Source: Octopus sinensis
Lineage: Eukaryota
Assembly (NCBI RefSeq): GCF_006345805.1
Contig: NC_043011.1
Span: 1,302,001 to 1,366,000, forward strand
Direction of reading: 5' to 3'
Length of the DNA stretch: 64,000 nt
Each line of letters begins with the position of its first letter. The first letter of the stretch is position 1. Below, piece by piece: positions 1 to 11,706 of the stretch. Under the pieces are notes generated by a model that was not told the origin of the DNA, did not search any database, and worked only from the letters and a program-made list of their open reading frames with translations. The position numbers were made by a program, and so were the translations under genes.

Positions 1-255
1 ATGATTCATGCTTTGAGTAGGGCAAAATATACGTATGCATGTTTGTAAGCATTTATGTATGTATATATTTGTGTGCATGTGCACGTGTGTGTGTGTGTGT
101 GTGTGAGTGTATGCATGTGTGTGTGAGTGTGTGTGTGTGAGTGTGTGTGTGTGCTTAACATCAGTAGAAAAAAGACAAATAAAAACATCCAAAAACCAAA
201 ACCTAAATACTGGTAATATATAAACTACTACTACTGCAGTTTCTGCTGCTACAGA

Positions 256-272
256 TAATAATAATAATAATG

Positions 273-305
<33 letters not shown>

Positions 306-375
306 GCAAGCACTGCTCTTTCATTCAATAATAATAATAATAATAATAATAATAGCAAGCACTGCTCTTTCATTC

Positions 376-418
<43 letters not shown>

Positions 419-439
419 GCAAGCACTGCTCTTTCATTC

Positions 440-491
<52 letters not shown>

Positions 492-512
492 GCAAGCACT
501 GCTCTTTCATTC

Positions 513-563
<51 letters not shown>
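256..563. repeat. (AAT)n microsatellite interrupted by four identical 23-bp units AGCAAGCACTGCTCTTTCATTCA (at 305, 354, 418, 491)
   Basis: Directly visible. The unit resembles the right end of the element at 566-1138 (GCATGAACTGCTCTCTCACACA followed by AAT repeats). Confidence 0.9.
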
Positions 564-565
<2 letters not shown>

Positions 566-567
<2 letters not shown>

Positions 568-1138
568 GCCCTGATGCAGTACCAAGCAGTGGCTCTCATG
601 GCTTTTGATCTTAACTGATTGGAAGTGTTATCATGTACATTGTTTTGTCTCGGTATAAAAGGATGGGCTACATCAAATATACTGCTCAATACCACAGATT
701 TGCTTGTCAGTTGTTTGACCTTAACCAGTTGACCATGTCCCTTAGTGGCTGACGATATGGGCATCTCTGATCACGAGCAGAAGTAGTGGGGGAGCATGAA
801 AGCCATGTGTTGAGAGAGAATGTTTGGGGTTTGTATAATTCACCTCTGGAAACATGAATGTTTCGTTCAACATCCTTAAACAACCCTTATTCAGGGACCT
901 TTTGGACGGGATGGGTTACTCAACCAGAAGAAAATTCTAACTGGGCCCCACCTGCAAGGTCATGCGCTGTTTATTTTGATATGAGATCACCAATTTGCGC
1001 ACATATGTTTGTGATACATGTGCCTGGTGTACCCTTATCAGACGGGTAGTAATGATGGGTATACTGGGCTTCGTATATTTTACCCTAGTGTCACTTTGAT
1101 GGCATGAACTGCTCTCTCACACAATAATAATAATAATA
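566..1138 (+). mobile_element. ~560-bp non-coding retroposon embedded in (AAT)n (non-autonomous element or LINE 3' region)
   Basis: Flanked by (AAT)n on both sides. A diverged, left-truncated second copy follows immediately (1139-1586) and keeps the same right end, which is the pattern expected from 5' truncation. Confidence 0.6.
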
Positions 1139-1586
1139 GGGCTACAGCAAATATTCTTCTCAATATCATATATTTGCTTGTCATTTACTTGAGCTTCAAC
1201 AGTTGAACATGTCCCTTAGTGGCTGACAATGTGTGCATTTCTGATCATGAGCAGGAGTAGTTGGTGGGCATCATAGCCAAGTGTTAAGTGGAATTCTTTG
1301 GGTTTTGAATAATCCATCTCTGGAAACATGGGCATTTTGTTCATCATCTTTAAACCTTATTCAGGGATCTTTTGAGCAGGATCGGTTACTCAATCTGAAA
1401 AAAATTCTAACTAGGTCCCACCTGCAAGGTCCTATGCTGTTTATCTTGATATAGATCACCATGTTACACACATGGTTGTGATGCATGTTCCTGGTGTACC
1501 CTTATCAGACAGGTAATCAGTGTGGATATATCGGGCTTCATATATTTGTAGCCCAGTGTCACTTTGATGGCAAGTATTGCTCTCTT
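1139..1586 (+). mobile_element. 5'-truncated, diverged second copy of the 566-1138 element
   Basis: Colinear similarity from GGGCTACAGCAAATATT to CACTTTGATGGCAAGTATTGCTCTCT. Confidence 0.75.
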
Positions 1587-1782
1587 AACCAGTGATGATG
1601 ATGGTGGTGGTGGTGGTGTTGGTGTTGGTGGTGGTGATGATGATATTTTCTAAGCTGAAAAGAAAGCCTGAAAAATCTTATAAACAAATGGCAATATTGA
1701 CCGCTCCATGGTCAATATCCCAAATGAACAAGGGAAGCAGACAGATAAAGAAAGAATACATTAGTGCTTGCTCAGTTCAGGT

Positions 1783-2440
1783 CTAAAGACAGAAACTGAG
1801 GGTTTTATAAGGGCAACCCAGGATCAATCTCTCCTCGCAACAAGCTACCAAGCAAATATTCTTCACAATGGTACTGACCCACACTGTAGAACTGAAACTA
1901 TTGACCACATTGTGGCTGGCTGCTTTAAACTTGCAAGAACCAAGTCCAAAACCAGATATGACCGAATAGAGCAGTATCAGCATTCGAATGGCTGTTATCA
2001 TTATGATATTCCCCTTCCTAAAAACTGGTTTGAATACCACCCAAAACCAGTCACTGAAGGAAAAAGGGTTTCTGCTGTGTGGCACTTTGCCTTCCATACT
2101 GACAGACAGATATATGCCAACAGATATACACCAGTAGACCTGATATTTTTATCGGATATCATCAACAAAATGCCTGCCATCTAATAGATATGACAGTACC
2201 AGCTGTCTGAAATATCTTAGTCAAATAATTAAAAAAGTTAGCTAAATACAAAGATCTAGAGATAGAAATGAGCAGAATGTGGAAACTGTTACTCTATTGG
2301 TAGTAGCAGAAGTACTAGGTATGGTTAAAAGTGTGTTTTCAACCTCCACCCATAAATTGCCTTGAAAATCAAATACACACAGTGTCCAGAATATTGTACT
2401 AACCTCAAAAGCTCTGAGACCCAACTAGTAAATAAAATGC
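1783..2440 (+). pseudogene. R4/Dong-like non-LTR retrotransposon relic: C-terminal zinc knuckle and restriction-like endonuclease
   Basis: Translation gives GLKTETEGFI..QDQ.L...Y..NI...CR.ETIDHIVAGC, then W.EYHPKPV.E, TDRQIYANR, DMTVP and KYKDLEIEMSRMWKL across frameshifts. Confidence 0.8.
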
Positions 2441-2461
2441 CCTAAACACATGCTAAAATAC

Positions 2462-2682
2462 AATAATACTTTCTAATATAGGTATAAGACCTGAAATATT
2501 GAAGGCGGGGGTGGGGGTCTAGTCAACTACCCCAATGCTCAACTAGTACTTATTTCCCTGGCCCTGAAAGGAGGTGAGGCAAAGTCAACCTCAGTGGAAT
2601 TTGAACTCAAAACATAAAAATGGGCAAAATTCTATGAAGTATATTCTCCAGCATGCTAACAATTCTACCAGCTCTCCACCTT
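2462..2682 (-). mobile_element. Old SINE family A copy (tRNA-like head)
   Basis: Reverse complement begins AAGGTGGAGAGCTGGTAGAATTGTTAGCATG, has a B box GAGTTCAAATTCC and ends in the ...AAAGTATTATT tail. Confidence 0.7.
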
Positions 2683-2710
2683 AATAATAACAATAATAAT
2701 AATAATAATA

Positions 2711-5700
2711 ATCATCATCATCATCATCATCATCATTTAGCGTCCGCTTTCCATGCTAGCATGGGTTGGACTGTTCAACTGGGGTCTGTGAAGCCGGAAG
2801 GCCGCATCAGGCCCAGTCTGATCTGGCAGTGTTTCTATGGCTGGATGCCCTTCCTAACGCCAAGGTTAGTGGGTGCTTTTTACGTGCCACCCACACAGGT
2901 GCCAGATGGAGCTGGCAAACGGCCACGAACGGATGGTGCTTTTACGTGCCACCGGCACGGGGGCCAGGCGAGGCTGGCAACGGACACGAACGGATGGTGC
3001 TTTTACATGCCACCGGCACGGAGGCCAGACGGGGCGGCGCCAGCAACGGCCACGATCGGATGGTTCGCTTAACCAGAGCTGCAATTTCCACTGATGTTGA
3101 TCGACCTCAATTTTGGTTCTGCTTTCTGATATCTGATTTGATTTGGTTTGATTTTGATTTTGACTGTTCTCACTGGTCTTGCCGGGTCTTCTCACGCACA
3201 GCATACTTCCATAGGTCTCGGTCTCTTGTCATTTCCTTGGTGAGACCTAAAGTTCGAAGGTTGTGCCTCACCACCTCGTCCCAGGTTTTCCTGGGTCTAC
3301 CTCTTACACAGGTTCACTCAACTGCCAGGGTGTGGCACTTTCGCACACAACTATCTTCAGCCATTCTCGTCACATGACCATACCAGCACAAACGTCTCTC
3401 TTGCACACAACAACTGATGCTTCTTAGGTCCAACTTTTCTCTCAAGGTACTTACACTCTGTCGATTCTGAACACTGACATTACACATCCATTGGAGCATA
3501 CTAGCTTCATTTCTTGCGAGCTTACGCAAATCCTCAGCAGTCACAGCCCAGGTTTCACTACCATGTAGCATGGCTGTACGTTCTCATGCATCATACAGTC
3601 TGCCTTTTACTTTGAGCGAGAGGCCTTTTGTCACCAGCAGGGGTAAGAGCTCTCTAAACTTTGCCCAGGGTATTCTTACTCTAGCAGTTACACTTTCAGC
3701 ACACCCGCCCCTGCTACTGACTTGGTCACCTAGGTAGCGGAAGCTATCGACTACTTCTAGTTTTTCTCCCTTGAACGTGGTAGAAGTTGGTCTCTGCAAA
3801 TTTTCAGAGTTTATTGCTCCTGAGCATCTGCCACAGATAAAAACTATTTTCCTAGTTAGTTTTCCTTTGACATTACTACATCTTTTATGTGTCCATAGCT
3901 TACATTTGGTGCATCTTATAGAGTTTCTACCTACGGCTTTTTTACAGATTGAGCAGGGCCATCTACCTGAAGGCGTTTGTGATTGGTCTACCTTTCTACT
4001 TATTAGGACTTTGGTTTTGGATAGGTTGATTCTAAGGCCCTTCGATTCTAAACCTTGCTTCCACACCTGAAACTTCTCCAGTTCTGATAGAGACTCAGCA
4101 ATTAGAGCAAGGTCATCAGCATAGAGGAGCTCCCAGGAGCATCCTGTCTTGAATTCCTCCGTTATTGCCTGGAGGACTATGATAAATAGGAGGGGACTCA
4201 GGACTGAACCTTGGTGGACTCCAACCCCTACCCGGAATTCTTCACTGTACTCGATGCCAACCTTCACCTTACTAGCAGCGTCTCTGTACATAGCTCGTAC
4301 AGCTCTCACTAACCATTCATCTATCCCTAGTTTCCTCATTGACCACCAGATAAGGGATCGAGGGACCCTGTCGAAGGCTTTCTCCATATCAACAAAATCC
4401 AGGTATAGGGGCTTGTCTTTGGCTAGGTATTTCTCCTGCAGCTGTCTTACCAGGAATATAGCATCAGTAGTACTTTTTCCTGGCACGAACCCAAACTGCA
4501 TCTCATCTAAGCTAACTCTCTCTCTAATTAGTTGGGCTATAACCCTCTCCGTGACCTTCATTACCTGATCCAGCAGCTTGATACCCCTGTAGTTATTTGT
4601 ATCTAGAGCGTCACCTTTACCTTTGTAGCAGTTAAATATTATGCTGCTACACCAGTCATTGGGTATGACTCCTTCGTGTATCACCTGGTTTACTATACGG
4701 GTGACTAGGCTATAGCCAACACTACCAGATATTTTAAGCAACTCTGCAGTAATTCCTGATGGGCCTGGGGCTTTCTCTGTCTTCATGCTTCTAATTGCCT
4801 TAACTACCAAGGAACTGTCAACTCGGATAGCTGGTCCCTCTGTTGGGTCGACATTCGGCAGACTCTCTTCATCCCATTCATTTTCTTTATTCAGCAACCT
4901 TTCATAGTGGCATCTCCAAACCTCTCTCTTTGCATCCTCATTTAGTGCAAGTGAGCCGTCATCCATGCGAACACATTTCTCTCCTACCACGTCACGATTC
5001 TTTCTCACACACTGTCTTGCAATACGAAATACCTCAAGTCTTTCATCCTCATGGCGCAGGACATTGGCAAATTCTTTTTTATCTGCTTCCTCTCTGGCTA
5101 AATACACCTGCCTCCTAGCTTCCCTTCTTGCAGTCTGATACACTTCCCTGCTACCACCGTTCTTCCAGTCCTTCCAAGCCTGTTTCTTTTGTCTAATAGC
5201 CCTGTCAACAATATTGTTCCACCGCCACGTTATTTTGGGTCTTGAGGGGACTTTGCACCAGCCACAGATCTGGTCAGTGGCTTTCAGCAGGCTGTCCCTT
5301 AGAAGCGCCCAGTTATCTTCTACCCCAGGTGTAGCTATACCCCCTTCTATTTCGTCGAAGGCTTCAAGTAACATGTCTCTAAATCTCTGTCCATTTGCAG
5401 GGTCTTTAAGCTTCCATACCCTTCTTCTCCATGTTGGTCGTCTTCTAGTCGTCCTCTTAGTCCTGATCCTAAAGTCACTGACTACCAGTCTATGTTGTGG
5501 GGTACATTCTTCGCCTGGAAAGGTTTTGGCATTTATAAGCAGCCATCTTTCCCTTTTTCTGGCAAGAATGTAGTCGATTTGGCTAGTATGCCTGCCCGAA
5601 CGGTAGGTGACCAAGTGACTTGTCGGTTTCCTGAAGTTAGTGTTGCAAACCATAAGACTATTTGCATCACAGAACTCCAGCAGCCTGGTTACCTCCTCGT

Positions 5701-6483
5701 TGCGGGAACCATAACCATAGCCTCCATGAATGCCATGGAAGCCCTCAGCATATCGTCCAACATGCCCATTGAAGTCACCAGCCACAAAGAGAAGGTCCCT
5801 GTCGTTCGTCAATGAGGTGGTCTGCAGTAGTGTGTCATAGAAACGGTCTTTCTGTCCATCGGGTAGCCCTGGCTGAGGGGCATAGGCCGATATAATAGTT
5901 GCTAAACTATGATGGAGCACTAATCTAATCTTCAGTATTCTGTCACATACTCTGACTACCTCGATTACCTTATCTACCCATTTTTCGGCAATAAGCATAC
6001 CCACTCCCCCGACCCCTTCAGTATTCCCAGCCCAGAAAATCTTGTACCTCTGTCCTTTACCTGTGAGGAACCTAGCAGAACCTCCTCTCCACCTCACCTC
6101 TTGAATACAGCATATATCTACACACCTCCGTTCAAGCAATTCAACGATCTCGCCAGATCTGCCTATCAGTGTGCCAACGTTGAGGGTGCCAACCCTGAGG
6201 GAGTGGGAGGCATTGGACCTAGTAGCATCATGAACCTGAAAAGAAAACTCGCGTTTGGCAGGATTCATAGACATACAATAAAAGTCAAGTTCAAACTGCG
6301 TATGTTACACTAACATATCTTGTAATGAATGACCACTACCTTTTATGGAAGGAGGTGCAGGTGGCATAAGACTTTGAAGTGAGCATGGGAGACAACAAGG
6401 ATGAGAAAATTTAGGACTTCCTGTAGCGGTGGGGGTGGCGTAAGACTTTGAAGTGTACATGGGAGACAACAAGTATGAAAAAT

Positions 6484-6485
<2 letters not shown>
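2711..6485 (-). mobile_element. Near full-length RTE-clade LINE with (GAT)n tail, inserted in an (AAT)n tract
   Basis: Single APE-RT ORF. The 3'UTR ends ...GGAAAGCGGACGCTAAATGATGATG. (AAT)n lies on both flanks, and the 5'UTR has tandem monomers. Confidence 0.95.
3170..6274 (-). pseudogene. RTE ORF (~1034 codons): apurinic endonuclease, reverse transcriptase, PHD finger; two premature in-frame TGA (3584-3586, 3314-3316), no frameshift
   Basis: EN motifs TLNVGTL, CIQEVRW, GDFNGHVG, QIDYILAR, HRLVVSD. RT motifs APGPSG, NYRGIKLL, QFGFVPG, FVDMEKAFDRV, GVHQGSVLSPLLF, LLYADDL, FRYLG. The frame continues through both stops to GRPRKTWDEVV...KTRQDQ*. Confidence 0.95.
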
Positions 6486-6516
<31 letters not shown>

Positions 6517-6519
6517 TTG

Positions 6520-6870
6520 ATAATAATCTTTTCTGTTTAAGGGACAAGGCCTGAAATTTTGGAGGAGGATTATATCAACCCCAGTTTTTCACTGGTACTT
6601 AATTTATTGACTCCAAATGGATGAGAGACAATGTTTACCTTAGTAGAATTTGAACTCAGAACGTAGTGATGGGTGAAATAGCACTAAGCATTCAGCTCTC
6701 TGCTTTAATAATAATAATATTGGCTTCAAATTATTGGTACAAGGCTAGAAATTTTGTGGAGGGAGTAAGTTTATGATATCAACCTCAGTACTTAACTGGT
6801 ACTTGTTTTATCAACTTCTGAAAGAATGAAAGTCGACCTCTGCAGAATTTAAACTCAGAATGTAAAGACA
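6520..6870 (-). mobile_element. Two adjacent old SINE family A copies (about 6520-6710 and 6716-6870)
   Basis: Both contain ...ACTGGTACTT...GAATTT(G/A)AACTCAGAA, similar to the younger family A copies. Confidence 0.65.
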
Positions 6871-7579
6871 GATGTGAAAGCTGGATGAAGTGGTTGTGAA
6901 TAAAGAGGGGGAAAATCCTGTTTAATCATAGGTATTGCATTATCTGGTGATAGCAGAGTATCAGAAAGTGAAGAGAAGTAGGTCAGAAATAATGATTAGA
7001 AGTGGGTGATGAAAAGACTGTGGTCATTGGGGAAGGTGAGTGTTGAACCTATTGTTGTTGAGAAGTATAAGTTGCAAGTTCACAAGCTGGATTGAAAAGA
7101 TGGGATAAATGAAGCATCTTCAGAAAACACTGTTGCTTCAAAGTGTATGAATCCTCTGCAAAGTTCTCAAAAGCTGAATGAAAATCTGCTGATTGAAGAC
7201 AACTGACACTGTTACATTCTCCAGTGAAGTAATTGTGATAAACAACAATAATTATAGAGAAGACAGTGTCAGTATTTTTTTTTAGATTGTCTCTGGAAAA
7301 TGAGTTAGTAAAATCAAATCTTCCAAACAACATATTTGATGTTTATATAAACATTAAATTTAAGTGCAGATATTCACATATTAAGATGCAATTGATTCTA
7401 GGGTTGTTCCATGATCAAAACTGCATTTGTTTTATAAAGATCCATCACTGAAAGTACAAATGCATTTGGACTAGATCTGGAAGCCAGACTATATAAATAC
7501 ACTTAGACATAAACAATTGCTATTGAATGAGCAAACATAAACAAAATTACACATTACAATCACATATTAATAACCTGAC

Positions 7580-8150
7580 ATATTCTACTCCTTCTTCAAG
7601 CAACTGCAATGCCATGCTATACCAGGAATCTTTGTCTTGCATTAGATTTGTAGTTCCTTAATTTCATGAAGTATCTTTCCCCATAACATCATCATAGTTA
7701 AGTAGTCTTCATTGTATTTTAGGGTGTTGAAATGCCCACAGTATTACATCTGTTAAGGCCTGGTGTTCAGCACAGTAGTAACAACCAGCAAAACCTACCT
7801 TGTGCTGAGCAACAAGAGAAAAGACGAGTGGAATACACCCATAAACCTTTTATTTGATGTTTTGGTTATACTGTGAGATATTCTAAGTCCTCATAAGAAG
7901 CCTGGTGTACATAATAACATCAAGGCAATCGTGAAAGTCCTTCATAGTCCAGGTTTCAGCTCCATAAAAAGCAATTTCCATGAGTATAATTTAAACTGCA
8001 TTCAGTGCCAAGGTCCAAGTTTAGGAAGCCCTACATTCAAGTCTGTTATGATTCAAAACAGCAATGTCTGCAAGGGTTACAGACTAAATTGCATTACCAT
8101 ATTGCTTTGATCCAATGTAGGGTCTTGGATTTGGTAGTAACCCGTAACCA
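7580..8150 (-). pseudogene. Highly decayed non-LTR retrotransposon, post-RT C-terminal region
   Basis: Minus-strand translation fragments include L.YGAETWTMK, YTRLLMR, KRFMGVFH and FAG...LW, resembling LINE C-terminal regions. Confidence 0.5.
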
Positions 8151-8769
8151 GCTACGATCAAATAGTGACTGCTGCTTTGCAGTGAATACATACATAGCCT
8201 AATCCTCACACACACTAACTATGACTTGTACTCATACAATACAATTCTGCTCACATACACATAACACAACGCAATGATATAAGTAAACATGCTAAAATAC
8301 TAATATTTACCCAATATACAAAGCCCACACATGCACCAATGAAATACATCTGACACAGGCAAATATTCTGAGATACCAACTTGCAATCAATCATTTATAC
8401 ATTATAAGCACACACATGTACAAACAAACACATTTGCACTGAAGACACACCAAATCGTCTACAAACATACACACTCTAAGAATTATGTCAATTCATAAAC
8501 ACATGCATACTCAAATGCTATAGAAACATACCAAAGTGATTAAGCTGAATAAAACAGTGCACACACAACTAACAAAATTCATACATGTTCAAATATGCAA
8601 AACAAATCATCTACAAACACACATTCTAATAGCCATATCAGTGTTCCCTACACATGCACACAAACATTCATATGCATGCTAAAATATGAATTTAGTTGCT
8701 ATCTCTAGCTCTTGAATTTCAAAAGCATAACTTTTGTGATATGATATATAATGGTCACAGGCCCAAGAC

Positions 8770-8960
8770 GTGCTTCTTAATATTTGGTTCAAATTTTGGC
8801 ACAAGCCAGTAATTTCAGGGAAGGGGTAAATTGATTATGTCAGCTCCAACTCTAAACTGGTACGTATTTTATCAGCCCTGAAAGTATGAAATGCGAAGTT
8901 GACCTTAACAGAATTTGGGCTCAGAATGTAAAGAAAGATGAGATGCTGCTAAGCATTTTG
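8770..8960 (-). mobile_element. Old SINE family A copy
   Basis: GGCACAAGCCAGTAATTTCAGGGG...GAATTTGGGCTCAGAATGTAAAG matches the family A body. Confidence 0.55.
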
Positions 8961-9987
8961 TAAGCTTACTATCTTACATGCTTCTTAATATTAGTAGAAT
9001 AAAGAAGACAAAAGAAGAAAAGAAATGGAAAAAGTGATGTACAGATAGTTTGCAAGAGTGGTGGGCAAGTTTAGTGGAAACATCCATGCATACATTGTCA
9101 AGTTTAGTGGAAACATCCATGCATAACCTTTTTGTGGTACTCAGAGTATTTCTTTTCCAGATCTGTTTTGAAGCATAGACCTGAGATAGACCCCCTAGCA
9201 ATCATGTGTGTCACATGGGAAATCAAATAAGAGTGAACACTCCTTGAGGAGTTCCCTACTGCACATTTGAGAAATTGGTTGATGTATTTATTTTTGTGGC
9301 TGTCGTTTGACAGATGCTGCATTCACTGATATCAACCTTATCTCTCCTCTTTTCTTCCAAGAAAAAACCTGTTGATTCCATTGTCTCTGGGGAAGCTTGC
9401 AGCTAATGTTAGGGTCTTGCAGGTTTTTATATCTGTGGAGTTGATTTCTTCTATTGACTTGTCAAATATCTGAAATACTGGCATAAATACTGATATTGCA
9501 AATATATTGTGAAATATTGTCTTCTATAATGAAAGCTGCAATTGCTATATATTTTTAATTCTGGTTTAATATACTTTGGTCACTCTGTCTTTGTTCACAA
9601 CTCTTCTGTATGAAATATTTTCAACAATGTTTAGAAATTTATGGCACTCATTGTATGGAACAAGACAGAAGGAAGACCATTTTCTGTGTTCAACTGTCAA
9701 ATGTGAACACTTATTTTTTTATTGAAATCCACTCTTGCATCAGCAGAAAATATTACTAAATCCAACTATTTCCTAGTATTGTAAATAATTCTAGTATAGA
9801 TTATTAGATTGTCCAGCAATAAATTCTATGTTATATAGGTTCTGCTGCTGTTATAGATTCCAGTGTACAACCATTGGATTTTTGTAAAAGAAGTGACAGC
9901 AGTTGTCAAGATAAACAGAAACGAAGATGAAATGTCCTCTTCGAATATGTATACTTATGTTTGTGTAAGTAAAGTGTATAAGCATGC

Positions 9988-10239
9988 ATGTATGTTTTTC
10001 TGAATGTGTGTGTGTGTGTGTATACACACACATATAGTTATATAGTTATATATACATATATATACATACATACACACACACACACACATGTATATATACA
10101 TACATACATAAATTCATTATATATATATATATTATATATACATATATATATATATATATATACATATATATATACATATATATATACATATATATATACA
10201 TATATATATATACATATATATACATATATATATATATAC

Positions 10240-10280
<41 letters not shown>

Positions 10281-10362
10281 TATATACATATATATATACA
10301 TATATATATACATATATATATACATATATATATATACATATATATATACATATATAATATAC

Positions 10363-10393
<31 letters not shown>

Positions 10394-10501
10394 CATACTC
10401 ACACACACACACATGTAAGCAATTGTTTGAGCATATATGTATGTTCATGTTTGTATGTAAATTTATTTATGCTCGTTTATGTATATATGGACTTACACAT
10501 A

Positions 10502-10560
<59 letters not shown>

Positions 10561-10590
10561 GTGCACACATGTGTGTGTGTGTGTGTGAAA
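9988..10590. repeat. Large compound (TA)n/(TACA)n/(TG)n microsatellite
   Basis: Directly visible. It accounts for the YI/IY-rich ORFs in the track. Confidence 0.95.
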
Positions 10591-10784
10591 TGTATCTGTT
10601 TTGTATCAACATATAACATTAAACAAACACCTTGCAAGTGGTTTCTTCTGTGTCCATGTCACAGTCTTCTTTATATCAGCAACTTACGACCTTCCCAAAG
10701 CTATGTTTGATTTCTGTTCTACTTTCCTTTCTCATTACATTTCTTCTTTCTCTGTCTTTCATTCTCTTTGAAATTAGCGATAAT

Positions 10785-11030
10785 GCAGTGTCTTTTTACT
10801 ATAACCCCTAAGTTGACCTATGCCTTGTTAGTGAATTTGGTGAATAGAAACTGCGTAGAAATCTGTCATGTATATGTGCAGTTGGTTGTCCACCCACTCC
10901 ACTGCTTGGCAGGTGGTGTTGGATTGTTCACATCCCATAAATTTACTGGTTGCAAAAGGAGGCTGATAGATTAAGTGCCAGGCTTTAAAAGAATAAGGAA
11001 TAAAGTTGATATATTTGACTAAAATCCTTC
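10785..11030 (+). mobile_element. Decayed SINE family B copy
   Basis: GTGTCTTTTTACTATAACCCC...GCCTTGTTAGTGAATTTGGTGAATAGAAACTG matches the family B body. Confidence 0.55.
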
Positions 11031-11049
11031 AAGATGAATGAAACAAAGG

Positions 11050-11667
11050 TTACATATATATATGTCTTCCCTTCTCTGGATCTTTCCTTCTCTTATGTTT
11101 CCGACGAAGAGCTCTGCTCGAAACATTAAACCCTCCTTCTTTCCTTCTTTCCTGAGCGTCCAATAATACTATATTTGTTCCATGTCCTCGCATTGTTGTG
11201 TTTTTTTGTGCTTTCTTGTTTGGATTAACTATATATATATACATGAAAAAAGCAAAAGACAAAGACAGGTGGTGTACAAAACAAACAGATGTATTAGTAT
11301 AACGCTCAGGAATAGAAAAAGTCTTTTATGTTTCGAGCCTACGCTCTTCTACACAAAGGGACACAGAAAAAACAAGGAGAGAGAAAAAAAGGAAAGAAAA
11401 AAACATAATATATATATATATATTATATCGAAATATCATGTTGATGAAGGAAATAAATCTTATGATTCTAATCCAGAAACGCGTCCATAATTAATCGAAA
11501 ACTGTTTGATTTCATTATTTTTCTTCTTTTTTGCCATGTGTGTGTTACAAATATTGTTGTCTGTGTAGACATATTTTTGTAGAAAAAGGAAATAGTAGTC
11601 TTTTGGGTGCTATTTCTAAAATTTTCAGTATGTGGTCAAGCAACTTGTTGCTAAACCCTTATTGTTA

Positions 11668-11706
<39 letters not shown>

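Noticed and set aside
3314-3586. Selenocysteine/read-through interpretation of the two in-frame TGA codons in the RTE ORF
   Set aside because: One appears to replace a Cys but the other a probable Gly (GGA>TGA), a neighbouring codon also appears mutated, and no SECIS is evident. Ordinary decay is simpler.
2653-5815. Plus-strand ORFs overlapping the RTE (2653-3377, 3771-4070, 4149-4568, 4843-5118, 5214-5815) and similar ORFs over other RTE 3'UTRs
   Set aside because: They are antisense shadows of the LINE ORF or arise from GC-rich tandem units. They show no independent protein features.
6275-6485. HDV-like ribozyme in the RTE 5'UTR
   Set aside because: A CCTCCTT segment and partial pairings exist, but I could not build the nested double pseudoknot.
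7049-7451. 94-aa minus ORF and neighbouring splice-like signals
   Set aside because: No recognisable domain; the faint endonuclease-like resemblance is too weak to call.
8200-8690. AC-rich stretch with weak ~150-bp periodicity
   Set aside because: Looks like a decayed low-complexity minisatellite with no further structure.
9040-9500. Possible RT relic on the minus strand (GTPQG-like) with a 27-bp local duplication
   Set aside because: A single short motif; the downstream YxDD could only be recovered by assuming several indels.
9988-10710. 240-aa and overlapping YI/TH/CV-rich ORFs (also at 6-188, 33286-33676, 46588-46856, 57045-57503, 63445-63936)
   Set aside because: These are translations of TA/CA microsatellites that lack stop codons, not genes.
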